DNA of 64,000 nt from Pocillopora damicornis (taxonomy: Eukaryota), in assembly GCF_003704095.1 (NCBI RefSeq), contig NW_020846227.1, forward strand, positions 186,001-250,000, given 5' to 3'. Shown here in pieces: positions 28,826 to 41,027 of this stretch. Under the pieces are notes generated by a model that saw only the letters and a list, made by a program, of their open reading frames with translations, was not told where the DNA came from and made no database searches. The position numbers were made by a program, and so were the translations under genes. The number at the start of each line of letters is the position of its first letter. The first letter of the stretch is position 1.

Positions 28826-30106
28826 CGTCCATCGTTATGATAAGATCAGATTTAGATGTAGAAGTTAGGAATTTTTCTCATTTTTTTTACAGGTAGAGAA
28901 AAATGACTCTTAAAAAAAGTTCACAAAAGATCAAGTTAGCGAAACGATTAAAAAAACTAATGAAAACAGCTTTTAAAAATTCTAAATAATTAGGAGCAGT
29001 TTTTTGTCTAGGAGACATTTGCAAACGTTAGATAGACAGGTTTGAGGACGAGTTATTTTTGTAATAGTCTGGAAAACCTTTCACAAGCCTTACAAACAAC
29101 GTGACCGTATCAAATTAAAAGATTTCTGCGTCCTTCTTAGCATGTAGTTTACTTCATTTAGTTGAGCGACAAAAAATTCAATTACAGCAAAACCTCGTCT
29201 TGAAAGAGCTGCATTGAGGTTTGTGCTGCTTGGAGAATCTAACGAAAGTTTTAAAGCTGGCGCGAAGCTTTAAATAACTACCGGTGCTTTAATCCTAGGC
29301 TTCGTTGTTTTTTTACTATCATGCGGGAGAAAATCTGGAGCTCATGCATAATCCATTTGTAAAATAGGTTGTGAGTAAAGTGATTAACCTAAAAAGTGTG
29401 AGCTTGTGAACGAATAAGCCCGCAACCAATAGCCTTCTTGTTAAGTTTTAAACGACAAGTAGATTTATTCCGAAACAATTCGATTATTTTCTCTCGATTT
29501 CTTTGCGTGATAGCAGATAAGGGTGAAATAGAAATCTGGAGGTCATAATTTGATTGTTGATTAATATCCCGGTAGTAATTTGTAGGATTTTAGTACTTCG
29601 GGGTTCTTTGACGTCATGATCACGTTTTCGAAATTCAAATTTGTTTGACTTGAAGATGCGATGAATCTAACCTTAAACCGTCTGATTTTGCTGTCGCTGC
29701 TCACTGAGCTGCAAAGAACTCGTTAGCGAGGTAGGCTTTGCCCGTATGTTCGTATGCATGATTAAGTAAAAATATTAGCTCTTCTTTTTGAACGAAAGGA
29801 TGACTTTAATTATATATATATTTTTATTGAATCAGTCAATGGAAAGATGAAAAGGGTGAAGAATTAAACTTTCTGATGAATAGAAGAGAAACGTGGTTTA
29901 GAGTATATTAGCACAATGGTTTTCCACCGATTCAGTTTGAGCCAACCTTGTCCACTTGTCAGTAATTCCTTTTTTCACTGTTTACGGCTTCTGCTCACAG
30001 GTAGACGATGATTGCCTTTGATACTGAGACATTTTTGAGACGGTTTATTCTTGGGAGAAGAGTGGAAAGTACTCGCTTGATGTGCGGTACATCTCCGACT
30101 TTGACG

Positions 30107-31279
30107 TCACCGAATTGATAAGCTCATGTTGGTGGCAGCCCTGCCTCTGTTCATGTTTGGCTCGCAACAGATTATCCTTCGAAACGCGCGCTGAAAATCT
30201 TGGTGCAAAGCGCCGTATAACACAGGGTTCACTGCCGCGTTGAAAAACACCAACACGGTCGAGCTGTACTCGAGCGCGCGTGGGACGGCTTTGCGGCTCA
30301 CGAAGATCGCCCAGAGGTTCGCGATTCCTCGCGGAATCCAACAACAGACGAACGCCATAACAACTGCAAGAAGCACTTTTGTGACTCGGGCTTCCATTAA
30401 TTTACGACGTCTGCTTCGTTTCGCTCGAGTGGACGCTGATGATTGTTCGCTAAGATCCGAAAATCCTGAATTAATAATGTTATCTGTTGATATTGAGAGA
30501 TTGTCAAAGGATATAGTTCTGGGTACGTTCTCCTCTCCGATGTTGCGACTAATTGTTGATTCACTTCTTTCCTTGTCCAAATTCTGTGTCAATTCTAAGC
30601 TAAATGTTTGCTGGAATATTCGCTTCCCTTGCGATCGCATATGTTTGTAGACTCCCAGATACAGCACTGCGGAGAGAATGGATGGTATAAAGTAACATAC
30701 AACATGCACAGTGATTGCATAGGCCATGTTCGCGGACCATAGTATGTTGCAAAATAAAGTGCCTTGTATGAATCCGAGCTTGCCCCATCCATAAAACGGA
30801 AGCGTAGTCCAGATTAAAGAAAACAACCATCCTAGCAGCACAGTGCATATAGTGCCTCGCTTGTTGCAACGAGTTTCATACGAGTGAGGGTAAGCCACAG
30901 CGATATACCTGTTTACGCTGATGTGAAACAGGGCCAAGATTTGACCTGCAGTTAAGAAAGCATTTATGAAGCCCGTGAGACGACACACTACCCAAGGCAA
31001 AACCCATTCTTGCGTGACAGCTAGCGTCATAACAAACGGCACGATTGAAACGGTGATCGATAGATCCACCAAAGCTAGGTTCACAACAAGGATAGCGGCC
31101 GTAGTTCGTAGGCTTTTTGTGCGGTGCACAGCCAAGATCACCAAGACGTTTCCGAAAATTGCAAACACCATTGTGCAACCCATGGCGACAACAGACAGCA
31201 GTGAGGCGACCGAGATTGAATCGGCAACCGGAGAAGCGGTGGTATTAGAGAAAGATGTGAACGAAGTTGCGGTCTCCAT
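30107..31279 (-). CDS. Class A (rhodopsin-family) GPCR, intronless, NRY motif (melatonin-receptor-like)
   Basis: 390-aa ORF with 7 hydrophobic helices, GN in TM1, NLALVD in TM2, SVNRY in TM3, CWIP in TM6, NPVLY in TM7; no opsin Schiff-base Lys. Confidence 0.93.
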   Translation of the reverse strand: METATSFTSFSNTTASPVADSISVASLLSVVAMGCTMVFAIFGNVLVILAVHRTKSLRTTAAILVVNLALVDLSITVSIVPFVMTLAVTQEWVLPWVVCRLTGFINAFLTAGQILALFHISVNRYIAVAYPHSYETRCNKRGTICTVLLGWLFSLIWTTLPFYGWGKLGFIQGTLFCNILWSANMAYAITVHVVCYFIPSILSAVLYLGVYKHMRSQGKRIFQQTFSLELTQNLDKERSESTISRNIGEENVPRTISFDNLSISTDNIINSGFSDLSEQSSASTRAKRSRRRKLMEARVTKVLLAVVMAFVCCWIPRGIANLWAIFVSRKAVPRALEYSSTVLVFFNAAVNPVLYGALHQDFQRAFRRIICCEPNMNRGRAATNMSLSIR

Positions 31280-33053
31280 TCGATGGCGGCAGTCAATATA
31301 GAACAGAGATGATATTGTCGTTAGTACTTACAAAGCAAACATTTTTTCACCCACAACTGGAACGAGAACGTGAGAGTTTTGCGTCAGTCAAAGCTGAAGG
31401 CATCAGATTGATTGTCGCAATGTCTTGTGATGATCCAACGTTCTGAGAATTGACAAATTAGCAAATTCTTTTGCCACCCACGAACATCCGGGAGAAAAAA
31501 AGTGTTATACTTGCGTACGGATTGCCCTTTCGCCTCGCTTCTGCCCTGTAAATACAGAACCGGTCTTTGCACGATCAGAAAGCGTTAATTTGGCTTACAG
31601 ACTTCCTCTACCTAAATCTTGGTTTTAAGTTCCATGAGATTATAAACTGACTAATATCCAAATTTAGCGCAAGTAACCCTCAGGTGTACTTTTGTCACTT
31701 CCGTTGCAAGAAAATTAACAAGGGAAGCTACAAAATATCATGGTTGCTAATTATTATGGATTCATCGGCCAGACAGTGCTCTAACTCACATAGGTATAGC
31801 AAAACATGCTTCCATATTTTCAGTTTTTTAGAAAATGCACAAACCAACACTAAGGCCCAATTTCTTTTCCCATGCGTCATTACTTAAGGAGCAATTTGCT
31901 TCTGTTAGAGATATTAATTTACGAACGTCATATTCATTGTAAGAGTTTTGTAATAACAAATTAAGGAAATTAAAAACAAGGCTTTAACGCGGCAAGAGGT
32001 TTGTTTTACCTTCTTTAATTTTTGGTTGAAGCCCTTGAGAAAAGAAATTTCCTTTCTACGGAGCTAGTAAAAACTTGAGTTGACAGATATTTCCCCCTTG
32101 TCAAACAAAGATAAACAAGGCTGTAAATGAGACTTGTTTTGATTTGCGCAACCTTTGGTAAAGGTATATTACATTTGTACAAGCAGGAGACCTCTATACG
32201 TAAGATGTCAGTAATACTTTTCAATGACATGAAAAAAATTCCATCGAGTGCGCTTGGGTTTGTCATAATTTGAACTAATATCAAGTTCATACATGAAAAA
32301 ATTACGATAAGGAAATTTAATAGTTCATTTGAGGAAGCCCTCTAAGTTGTGAATTAATTAGTATACTAATGTTGCGTCCGACCCAAGGATTTCCGACATT
32401 TATTTAAGATATATCTTAACGATGAAAAAAAATCGTGCACAATCCTTATATGGATGAAATATAATCGGAACCCCTTTGTATCAGATATGAGTCTTGTGAT
32501 TATTTCTTTGTTTAAGGCAAAGAACAAATCAGTAAGGATTTGTTCCAAATCAATGTCGGTTTTTTTTCTGTAACTTGAATCCAAGAAAGAAGTAATCAGG
32601 TGACGTGAAAAAGACATCTGTCGCGTTGTACTTTGAATCGGGGTAAAGAGGGTAACTGGATCATCTATCATCGATTATTTTCATTTTTTCCTTTTCTTGA
32701 TGATTTATGATGGACAAAATTGGAAAATAAGGAAAGAAATACAGTGTTGGAATGTGAAGGTTTCGTTGTATTACCGAAAAACACCGTTTGTGATGTATTG
32801 CTTCCCTTAAAAAGTGTTATTCATCTTTAAATCTCTCGGTTATCAGGCGGGCTGTGATCAGTCAGTTTTTTACAAATTGCAAAATGATAAGAAACTGGAC
32901 TTTTCCTGATACAAATGTAAAGAAAGAAGCTGAAAAACGCAAAATAAACGGGAAATTTCCTGCGTGTCATCCGAATCGGTTATGTCACGCGAGTGTTATG
33001 TCACGCGTGTCTCGCTAACCTCGATCTAGCAATCCACTCACTCTCTCGGCAAA

Positions 33054-36000
33054 ATGGCAGCCGATGAAGAATCAACCACTTCCAAGAAGCTGATCAATGA
33101 TCCTTTAGATGCGGTAGATGAGGCTTTAGAAGGTATCGTTTTAGCCAATCCTGGGTTAAAGTTACTAAAGAATTATCGGGTTATTATCCGAGAGGATGTG
33201 AACGAAATACGAAAGGCAGGAAAGGTAACCCTCATCTCAGGAGGTGGAAGCGGTCACGAGCCATCGCATGCCGGATTTGTTGGAAAAGGGATGTTGACAG
33301 CGGCTGTGGCTGGAGCTGTTTTCACTTCTCCACCAACGAAATCCATCCTTGCTGCAATAAGAGCTGTTGGACTCGGTAACAGGGGAGGAACGCTATTGAT
33401 TGTGAAGAATTACACTGGCGATAGGTTGAATTTCGGATTTGCCGCTGAGAGGGCGAAGGCCGAGGGGATAAAAGTCGATATGGTGGTGGTTGGTGAAGAC
33501 TGTGCTCTCACTAGTAAGGACAAGACAGCAGGAAGGAGGGGGCTTTGTGGAACTGTTCTGATCCATAAGGTAAACTTGGGATGAAACAAAAGCTCAGCTG
33601 ATGTGCATGTGACTCAGCCCCTCCCCTTCCCCCTCAACCCTCTTCCCTTCTCCCCTCAACCCTTCCCCTTCCCCCCTCACTCCCTTCCCCTTCCCATCTC
33701 TGTTTTTTAAAGCAGTAAGATGCTATTATAGAGACTACCTCCTCCCCACCAGTATATCCTGAGAATTCTAATCCATTAGAGACCAAAAGACTTTATATTC
33801 CCCTTGTCTAACTATCCCCTCTTTTGCCTATAAGCTTACTTTAAAACTCCCCCTCTCGCATGATTTGCAAAATTTAGCATGAGTCCTGGTTATTTGCATG
33901 ATGAAATTTAGTATTTACGCATTGGAGTAATGTTCTGTTTTATTTTCAATTTGTAGATTGCAGGTTCACTGGCTGAGGAAGGAAAATCTCTTGAGGAAAT
34001 CTCACAAGTAGCCAAGGCCGCAGCCCAAGCCATGGGTATTTAACCTAACTTAATCCTAACTTTCTCATGGGTGAATAATGTATACTTATTGACTGAATGA
34101 GGATACTGGACCATTAAATACTTGGCTAGAGTATGACTAATATGTACATCATGATGGAGAGCCACATATTTTTCTGTTTGGGCCTGAACCTAACTCAGTC
34201 AATGCACATTAATCTTATGGCCATGCCTCTCTCTTGTTTGCATCTCACAGAGCTGTTAGTATGGCTTTTTATATCTCAAAAATTAATATTTTATGCATTC
34301 ATGCACATGCCAAAATCCAGACATGGCAGATCCAGAGTGGGTGGGGTGGATGGGGATCAAGGCTTTTGGCTTTAGAGTGAATAAGAAACTTCTGTGTTTT
34401 CTGAATCAAACTTTTAATTCTACCCTCCCCACCCATATTGTAAATTCCTCGATCTGTCCTCTGAAATCTTGCCATCCTAATATAGAAACCAAGCAGCTTT
34501 TGACTGGAAATTCATAGTAAATCAAAGGCCAAAGCACCTTACATACCCTTTGGATGTTATTTTTCCATGCTTTACGTGGCTTATCAACATTCTTTATCAG
34601 GTACCATTGGTGTTAGTTTGGCTCCATGCAGTCTCCCAGGATCTTTGCCATCCTTTGTATTGGGCAGTGATGAGATGGAGTTAGGACTGGGTAGGACTTT
34701 TTCTTTTCCATTTTCTTATCTCTAATATCATCAAGATTGATGATTCTGTGTGATTTCCCCCTTAAAATTTAAATAAAGCACTGGCATGTTACTTAAAAAT
34801 TTGCTCTGTACTTGTGCCAAGTGGCCAATCTAGCAGGAGCTTTATTCTAGTTTCCACAGCATGAAGCAATGATGAGATGCTTGTTCATTGCAAGATTACC
34901 CCTCCCCCCAACATTTCATCAGGCTTTCCCGACGATTCACTGGTGCCCACTTATACTCCTGGGTGGAGAGAAGCATTGTGGGAGTAGTTAAAAGTATTTT
35001 TCCCAAGAACAAAACACTCTGAACCAGTTATGTCTTGAACCCAGACCTCTCGAACTAGAGTCCAGTGCTCTAATCTTCAGACCCTTACATCTCCCACAAC
35101 ATGTGACTAAACATGAGGCAAATTATTAAACTGTAGCTTGTATGGTTATATTAATACTGTATGAATTTTCTTTCTCTCTATGATAAATATTAAAATCTTA
35201 TTGGTTAAGCTACTTGCTGTATGTATAGTGACTAAAGTGAGTCTATAAGGTATAATTATTCAATAAAAGCGTGAACCTGTCTTGTTGTTGAGTTTTAAAG
35301 GACTTCTATGTAAATAATAAGATTATTCACTCTCAAACTCTACTCATTATAAATAGTGTTTGGCTTTAACCCTTCAACTCCAGAAGTGATTAACATGAAA
35401 CTTCTCCCAATAACATCCATATATTATCCAGCAAACAGCAAACAAAAATACCCAACTCGTCAGATAGAAGTTGTTTTCTTGATCTAATACCAAATTCGCC
35501 TGACTTATTTACCAAGAATTGTGTAAAAGCTGAAGGGGAGAATTAACAATCAGATCTTGGGAGTTAAAGGGTTAATTTGCTTTCCACAGGTATACATGGA
35601 GAACCTGGTGTCAAGAGGGTAAAGGTAAAGAGCCAAGTCTTTTCCTGCTGAAAAAGAGACGCCTCAGAGTTTCTTTGTATTGATTCTGTATCATAGCACT
35701 CAGAATCTGCACAAAGTATTTGCCCTTACACCTCAATTTCTGCTAACTAGGAGTGACCAGTGCAAGAGTCCACTCAATTTATCTGAGCCTAATCTAGTTT
35801 AAAAACCCTGTTACCAAGTTATTTAGCCCTCTAGTTGATGGATGTCTCTAATGCTGACTTTGCTTTGTCTGTTGATAACTTGCAATGATATGTTTGTGAC
35901 TGTACATTTACATAGTGATATCCTGTGCTTGCCTTTTTTCAGCTTGAAAAGGCAGACCAAGTTGTCAAAACCATGATTGACCACATGTCAGATGTTCAGA

Positions 36001-39000
36001 GTGGTGCAACATACAAGCTCAGTCTAAAGAAGGGTCAGCTTATTAAAATTCCACAGCATGAGATTCAATAGCATCTGGTTGACTTGCTAATAAGGGCAAA
36101 GTTACTGGGCTTTTTTCACATACTGAACTATAAGAATTAGGTCTTACTGATTTAAATCAAAACTATAAAGTACATGAGAATTTGCCATTTTTTTTACAAC
36201 ATTCTCACAATTTTATTTTGATTTGATGTTCAACAGGTGACAGGGTGGCTCTTGTAGTAAATAATCTTGGAGGAACATCTGTTCTGGAGTTAAACATTGT
36301 TGCAAGGGCAGCCATAACATACCTTAGTATGTAGTCTGAGAGAACTATTGCTGATGAAAATTCTCTTGATAACAGCCTCTTATGGTGACAGTCATGCCAT
36401 CAGTCTTCCATTAGCAGGCAACTCATCAGAAATGATATAAGACCCAGGGGATCATTCTATATATATTTATTATTTTATTATGTCCCTCAGTGAGTATGTG
36501 CACTGTGATTAGTCAATTTAATTAGGCTGTATTTCACTGCATGCCCAGCTAAATTCAATTGAATTGAAATCTTCCCCTTCTATTTGAAACCAAAGATGAA
36601 ATTCTTACTCACATTGTTTTCTCAGTCTGTACTGTAAGTTATGGATCCAAACTTCCCTTTTTTTTGGCTCTGAAATATGTGTGCTACAATTATTATCTTT
36701 GGTAGATAGTACAATTACTGCAAAATGTATCTCTTCAGGAAATGGCCTTGAAGATCCCTCAAAATAAATGAAAAGGGGATATGAAATGCCAACAAAACAT
36801 GCCCCACCTAAAAGCAATAATATTGTAGTTAGATCACTTTTGAAGAGGACATGATCCTCTGAAGGATACCCAACTCTCTAACTCTCTAATAAGCCAATGT
36901 CTCTTTTGCAAAGGAATAACATGAGAGCACCTTTTCTACAGCTACCAGGTGATTGCAAGGTATTCCTTTTTTTTATATAGCAAAATCTGAATTTTTTTTT
37001 ACTCAGCTCAAGGGAAAGAGGTGAAAGTTGATCGGGTTTATGTTGGAAGTTTTATGACCTCATTAGAAATGGCTGGAGTATCAATCACTTTGCTTCACTT
37101 GGACAAAACTAGGGTGGATTGTTTGGGTAAGTGTCTCCTTGCAACAACCTGATCATTAATGCATCATAATGATAATTTTATTCCTCAGCAGAAAAATATT
37201 CCTGTGTAATTTAGTTCTTTCTTGCCGCCCCCCCCCCCACTCACAATCAAGTTAATTATCTCCTGAATAAGATAAGTAAGTAATTGTTGCAAATGATTTT
37301 CTTTTTTTTCTTTCAATTGATAATTTTTATGTGGGAGATGAGTTAGCTATGGGCCATGGGCAGTTTGAGTGCTGGGCAGAGTCATTGTGCTCTGTTCTGG
37401 CAAGACACATAACTCCTTAGTTTTTTTAATCTACTGGAATATTAATGGCAAGTGAATGGTCCAAGAATTTTGGTGAAATGAGGTATGGGGGGCAGTGGGG
37501 TGGGGTGGAATAGTTATTGACTAATTCTGATCTGGGATGAGGAGCATTACCTCCAAAGGCTCAACAATGTCTCTCCAAGATCTAAATGTAAATTGTTGTC
37601 ACTGTCTGCTCTACATCTCTTATTATTTTAGCTCTGAGAGGCTAGTGTGAATCAAACGGTTTACCTTAATAAATTTTTTTTCTCTCATTTCCTTTTTCCA
37701 TGTATATTCATTGATATTCTAAGGTGAAATTCCTTTTTGGTACTCTTGGGAGTGAAAGAGTTAATTCATGTTGCAAAAACTGGAATAAAATATGGGCTGT
37801 GTGAGCCAATTTGGTGTGGCAGACAGCTTAATTTACCTTATGAACACTTATTGTGGAATTAAACATTTTCTACATTTCCCACAAAATATGATTTTTTAAA
37901 ATCCATTTGGTGTTTACATCAAAACATGCATATACTTCCTGCACAGATCAAAGCACAACTGCACCAGCATGGCCACGAGTTTCAGTATCTACAAATTCAG
38001 GCTTTATGAGAATTGACAAGCAGCCTCTTGAAATTCCCATGAATGCAGCAGAAGAAAAAAAGGAGACTTCCTCAGAAAAGCTGACCGCACTAGGTGGGCT
38101 GTGTTTGCTTATAGCCGTTTATTGATTGAGTGTCGTTAAGCCAAGACCAAATTAATCACAACTGCCAGTCAGAAGAAAGCGAAATACCGTTGAGAGCCAG
38201 TGAGAACTCAGAGTAAAAACAACTGAACTGCCTAAAGCGCGGGAAAACGTGGGCGACCAGGTTGTATCTAATTGGTTGAGAAAGTGGCGCGAATTTTCTG
38301 GTCCAATCACACACTCATTTGAAAACTGCTCCTATACTTACACTGTGCGGTAGTTTTCTTCTAATCACACACACCGTGACTTTTTGTATCCAGGGGAAAA
38401 GGTCTATGCCGTTATTAGTCATGTAACTAATGCCCTCAATGCTGCTGAGAGTAATCTGAATGAACTGGATAACCTTGCTGGCGACGGAGACTGTGGGACC
38501 ACCCTTTCTCGGGGAGCCTCAGGTACGAGCCATCGAATATTTGTTGGACATATTGTAACTCACTATAACCATACTAGCGGAGCCGCAGTTCACAGTACCT
38601 ACATCCCTAGCCTTCCTTATAACCGCCACAATCCATAATAACACAGCTTCTAATTTTGCTTCGGAGGAAAATCAGTATTAGACGAACTATCTTCGCGTAC
38701 AGTCACCTACTAAAGTTTCGGTTTTACTTTATCAAATGTAATCCTTTTTTTTATTATTTTATTACTTCCAGCCATAAAGAAAGCCTTAGGAACACAGGAT
38801 GCCCCAGGTTTGCCATGTAACCATCCAGAAAAGCTTTTGTTATCACTTGCCAGTTTGTGTGAGGATCATATGGGTGGAAGTTCTGGCGTGGTTAGTTATC
38901 TTTAATCCTTTGACGCCTAAGAGTGACTAGTATCTAATTTCTCTCCACAATTTCAACCCCGAATCGCGCATTTAGGTCATGAGAATAAAGGAAGCGATCA

Positions 39001-41027
39001 CCAACTAAAGAAGCTCTTGATTGTTGAGCAAACTCTCCTAGTCGGCACCTCAGGAAATGTATCGAAAACAGCACTGAAAATATGCATACTGATGTTGTGT
39101 AGAAAGTTGATAAAGGACTTCGTATGCTTTTTTCACCAGTATTAATAGATACGAAATATTTGAAAATTTGATTTCTCCTTTCGTGGTGATTTAAAGAGTT
39201 TGCCAAATCTTTCATACAGATAATTATTACTTGCCAATCCTCATGCCTGTGGATCATAAACTCCGACTAATCCCTGCTCACCTAGATAACGATCAATTTC
39301 TCTCGCGTAGCACAAAAATTAGAGCTTATGACTCAATTTTGAAAGATGCGTGAAATAAACTCAGTTTTATATATCGAGGAAGAATGTCCATGCAAATGAT
39401 CGTGCATTGACCGAAACCTTTTCTTGGGTCAAATCTTGAGTCAAATATTCTGAACTTTTTCGGTAAACATAACGAACATGCTGGCCTTCAAGGGATAATA
39501 ACTGTGGGCCTTTCCTCCTAAAAAAGTTGGCAGGTAAATGAGGTAAGAAATGTGAAGTCATCCTTGTTTTGTTTATTCTTCTGCAGTTCTACAGCCTCTT
39601 TCTCACGTCTGGAACAGTTCATCTCAGGGGTGACTCAGCCGCAAAGTCCTGGGCTCGAGCTTGGGAGGCTGGTGTCCAGGCCATCATGAGGTACGTTCAA
39701 AGTTGTCACAGTAGTAATGTACCGGCTATCAGATATAACCAATGATAGCTATCCAGTGGAGGGATTCGCCTGATGTGTTTAGGTTTTTGATGCTTCCTAA
39801 TTCAAATCACGTGGTGTTTCACTTGGTTTAAATTGTGTATGCGGTTTCATATGGCTGGAAATAAGGATGTTAACAAGTTAGAAAAATTTGTCCATAGAAA
39901 ATCAACCGAAGAGGGCTCGCTTCAGACACGAACACGAACAGAAAAGGAGTTGGTTAATATGTGACCGATCCTTGAATACATCTCTTTGAACCCCGAAATT
40001 TCATTTGAAAAGGAATAGTTATTCAGCTCATGAGCAAAATTTTCCTTTTTCTTCATCGTTAGGTATGGCGGAGCGGAGCCTGGGGACCGTACAATGGTTT
40101 GTGATTTGTCCTGATTGTCAAAATTTCTGATTTAGGTCAAATTGTTCAAAACCCAAACTTGTCTGACAAATTCAAATAGTTATGCGAAGATTGACCATAG
40201 ACTACAAATTAATAAAGATCCTCTTAATTGGTGGTCTTAATTTATCATTGTCGTTTCACCCAGGATTCCAAAATGAAAAGAAGTTTCGAGGTATAACGCT
40301 CCGCGTTTCTAAAAAGAGTCCAAGCCAAAAATGGTTAAAAGTTTCTAGGACTGTCTTGCAGGGCTTCAGCCCTCCAGGTAGCAAGATGAATATTTTTTTC
40401 TGCGCTCCTATAGAGAAGAAAAGTTGAGGACTACTCATACCGGCTCGACAAATTGCTAAACCGTCAGGCCTTTACATTTCTCCTGTGATAATTTCGTGAT
40501 GTTTTCCCAATGCTTAAAACTAAAGAACACTTGAGAACATTTCTTCAAAGAATTTAGCCATAGGGTTTTGCCGCCATGTTTACTTGCTTGTAGAATCACT
40601 TTTTAAATTTTTGTTGTTAATTTTTTATTCATGTCTTCTTCATAGCTCGACGCGTTGCACCCGGCAGGATCAACTTTGATCTCAGAGCTCGATTCAGGTG
40701 TTGACCCATTGGAGGCAGTGGAAAAGGCTGTGGAGGTATACAGGAAGATATTTAAATCACTCGAAGAATAATTCCTTGACTCGGGTTAAATCTGGTTATT
40801 CCAAGCAAATTTTGTTCGTCACAGTTGACTTGCATCAACGAAGTTTCAACGCTATTGTTTACCTCCCTTTCCAGGCTGCTGAGCTGGGTGCCCAGTCTAC
40901 CTCCGCCATGTCAGCCCGAGCCGGTCGATCCAGTTACGTTAGTGAAAAGCACTTGAATAAGCCAGACCCAGGAGCATTGGCTGTGACGGTCTGGTTCCGG
41001 GCGGCTTTTAACGCTCTGAAAAATTAG
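33054..41027 (+). CDS. TKFC: Triokinase/FMN cyclase (dihydroxyacetone kinase), about 14 exons
   Basis: Exon 1 (33054-33569) has [29 protein letters not shown] and GRRGLCG. Later exons carry MELGLGIHGEPG (34601-34690, 35590-35623), VNNLGG (36237-36327), MTSLEMAG (37008-37126), [11 protein letters not shown] (38394-38522), [22 protein letters not shown] and [14 protein letters not shown] (40875-41027). Confidence 0.97.
34800..35097 (-). mobile_element. tRNA-derived SINE
   Basis: Reverse homolog of 6805-7075, with tRNA-like head (ttgaacccagacctctcgaactagagtccagtgc). Confidence 0.65.
35366..35575 (+). mobile_element. piggyBac-type MITE, family C (well preserved)
   Basis: TTAA-cccttcaactcc..gggagttaaaggg-TTAA. 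Confidence 0.85.
37330..37840 (+). mobile_element. Degenerate SINE interrupted by a family A MITE (about 37570-37764)
   Basis: SINE body (cattgtgctctgttctggcaagacac) breaks at ..aaaggct and resumes (ttcatgttgcaaaaactggaataa) after gggagtgaaagagttaa. Confidence 0.55.
38110..38335 (+). mobile_element. Non-autonomous DNA element/MITE; inverted homolog at about 43450-43682
   Basis: aagcgcgggaaaacg and gtggcgcgaattttctggtccaatcac occur in reverse complement at 43517-43578 (gtgattggtccaaaaaatctcgcgccac, cgttttcccgcgctt). Confidence 0.6.

Noticed and set aside
30045-31301. Several overlapping ORFs on both strands, and an opsin assignment
   Set aside because: The ORFs are shadows of the GPCR; TM7 lacks the retinal-binding Lys.
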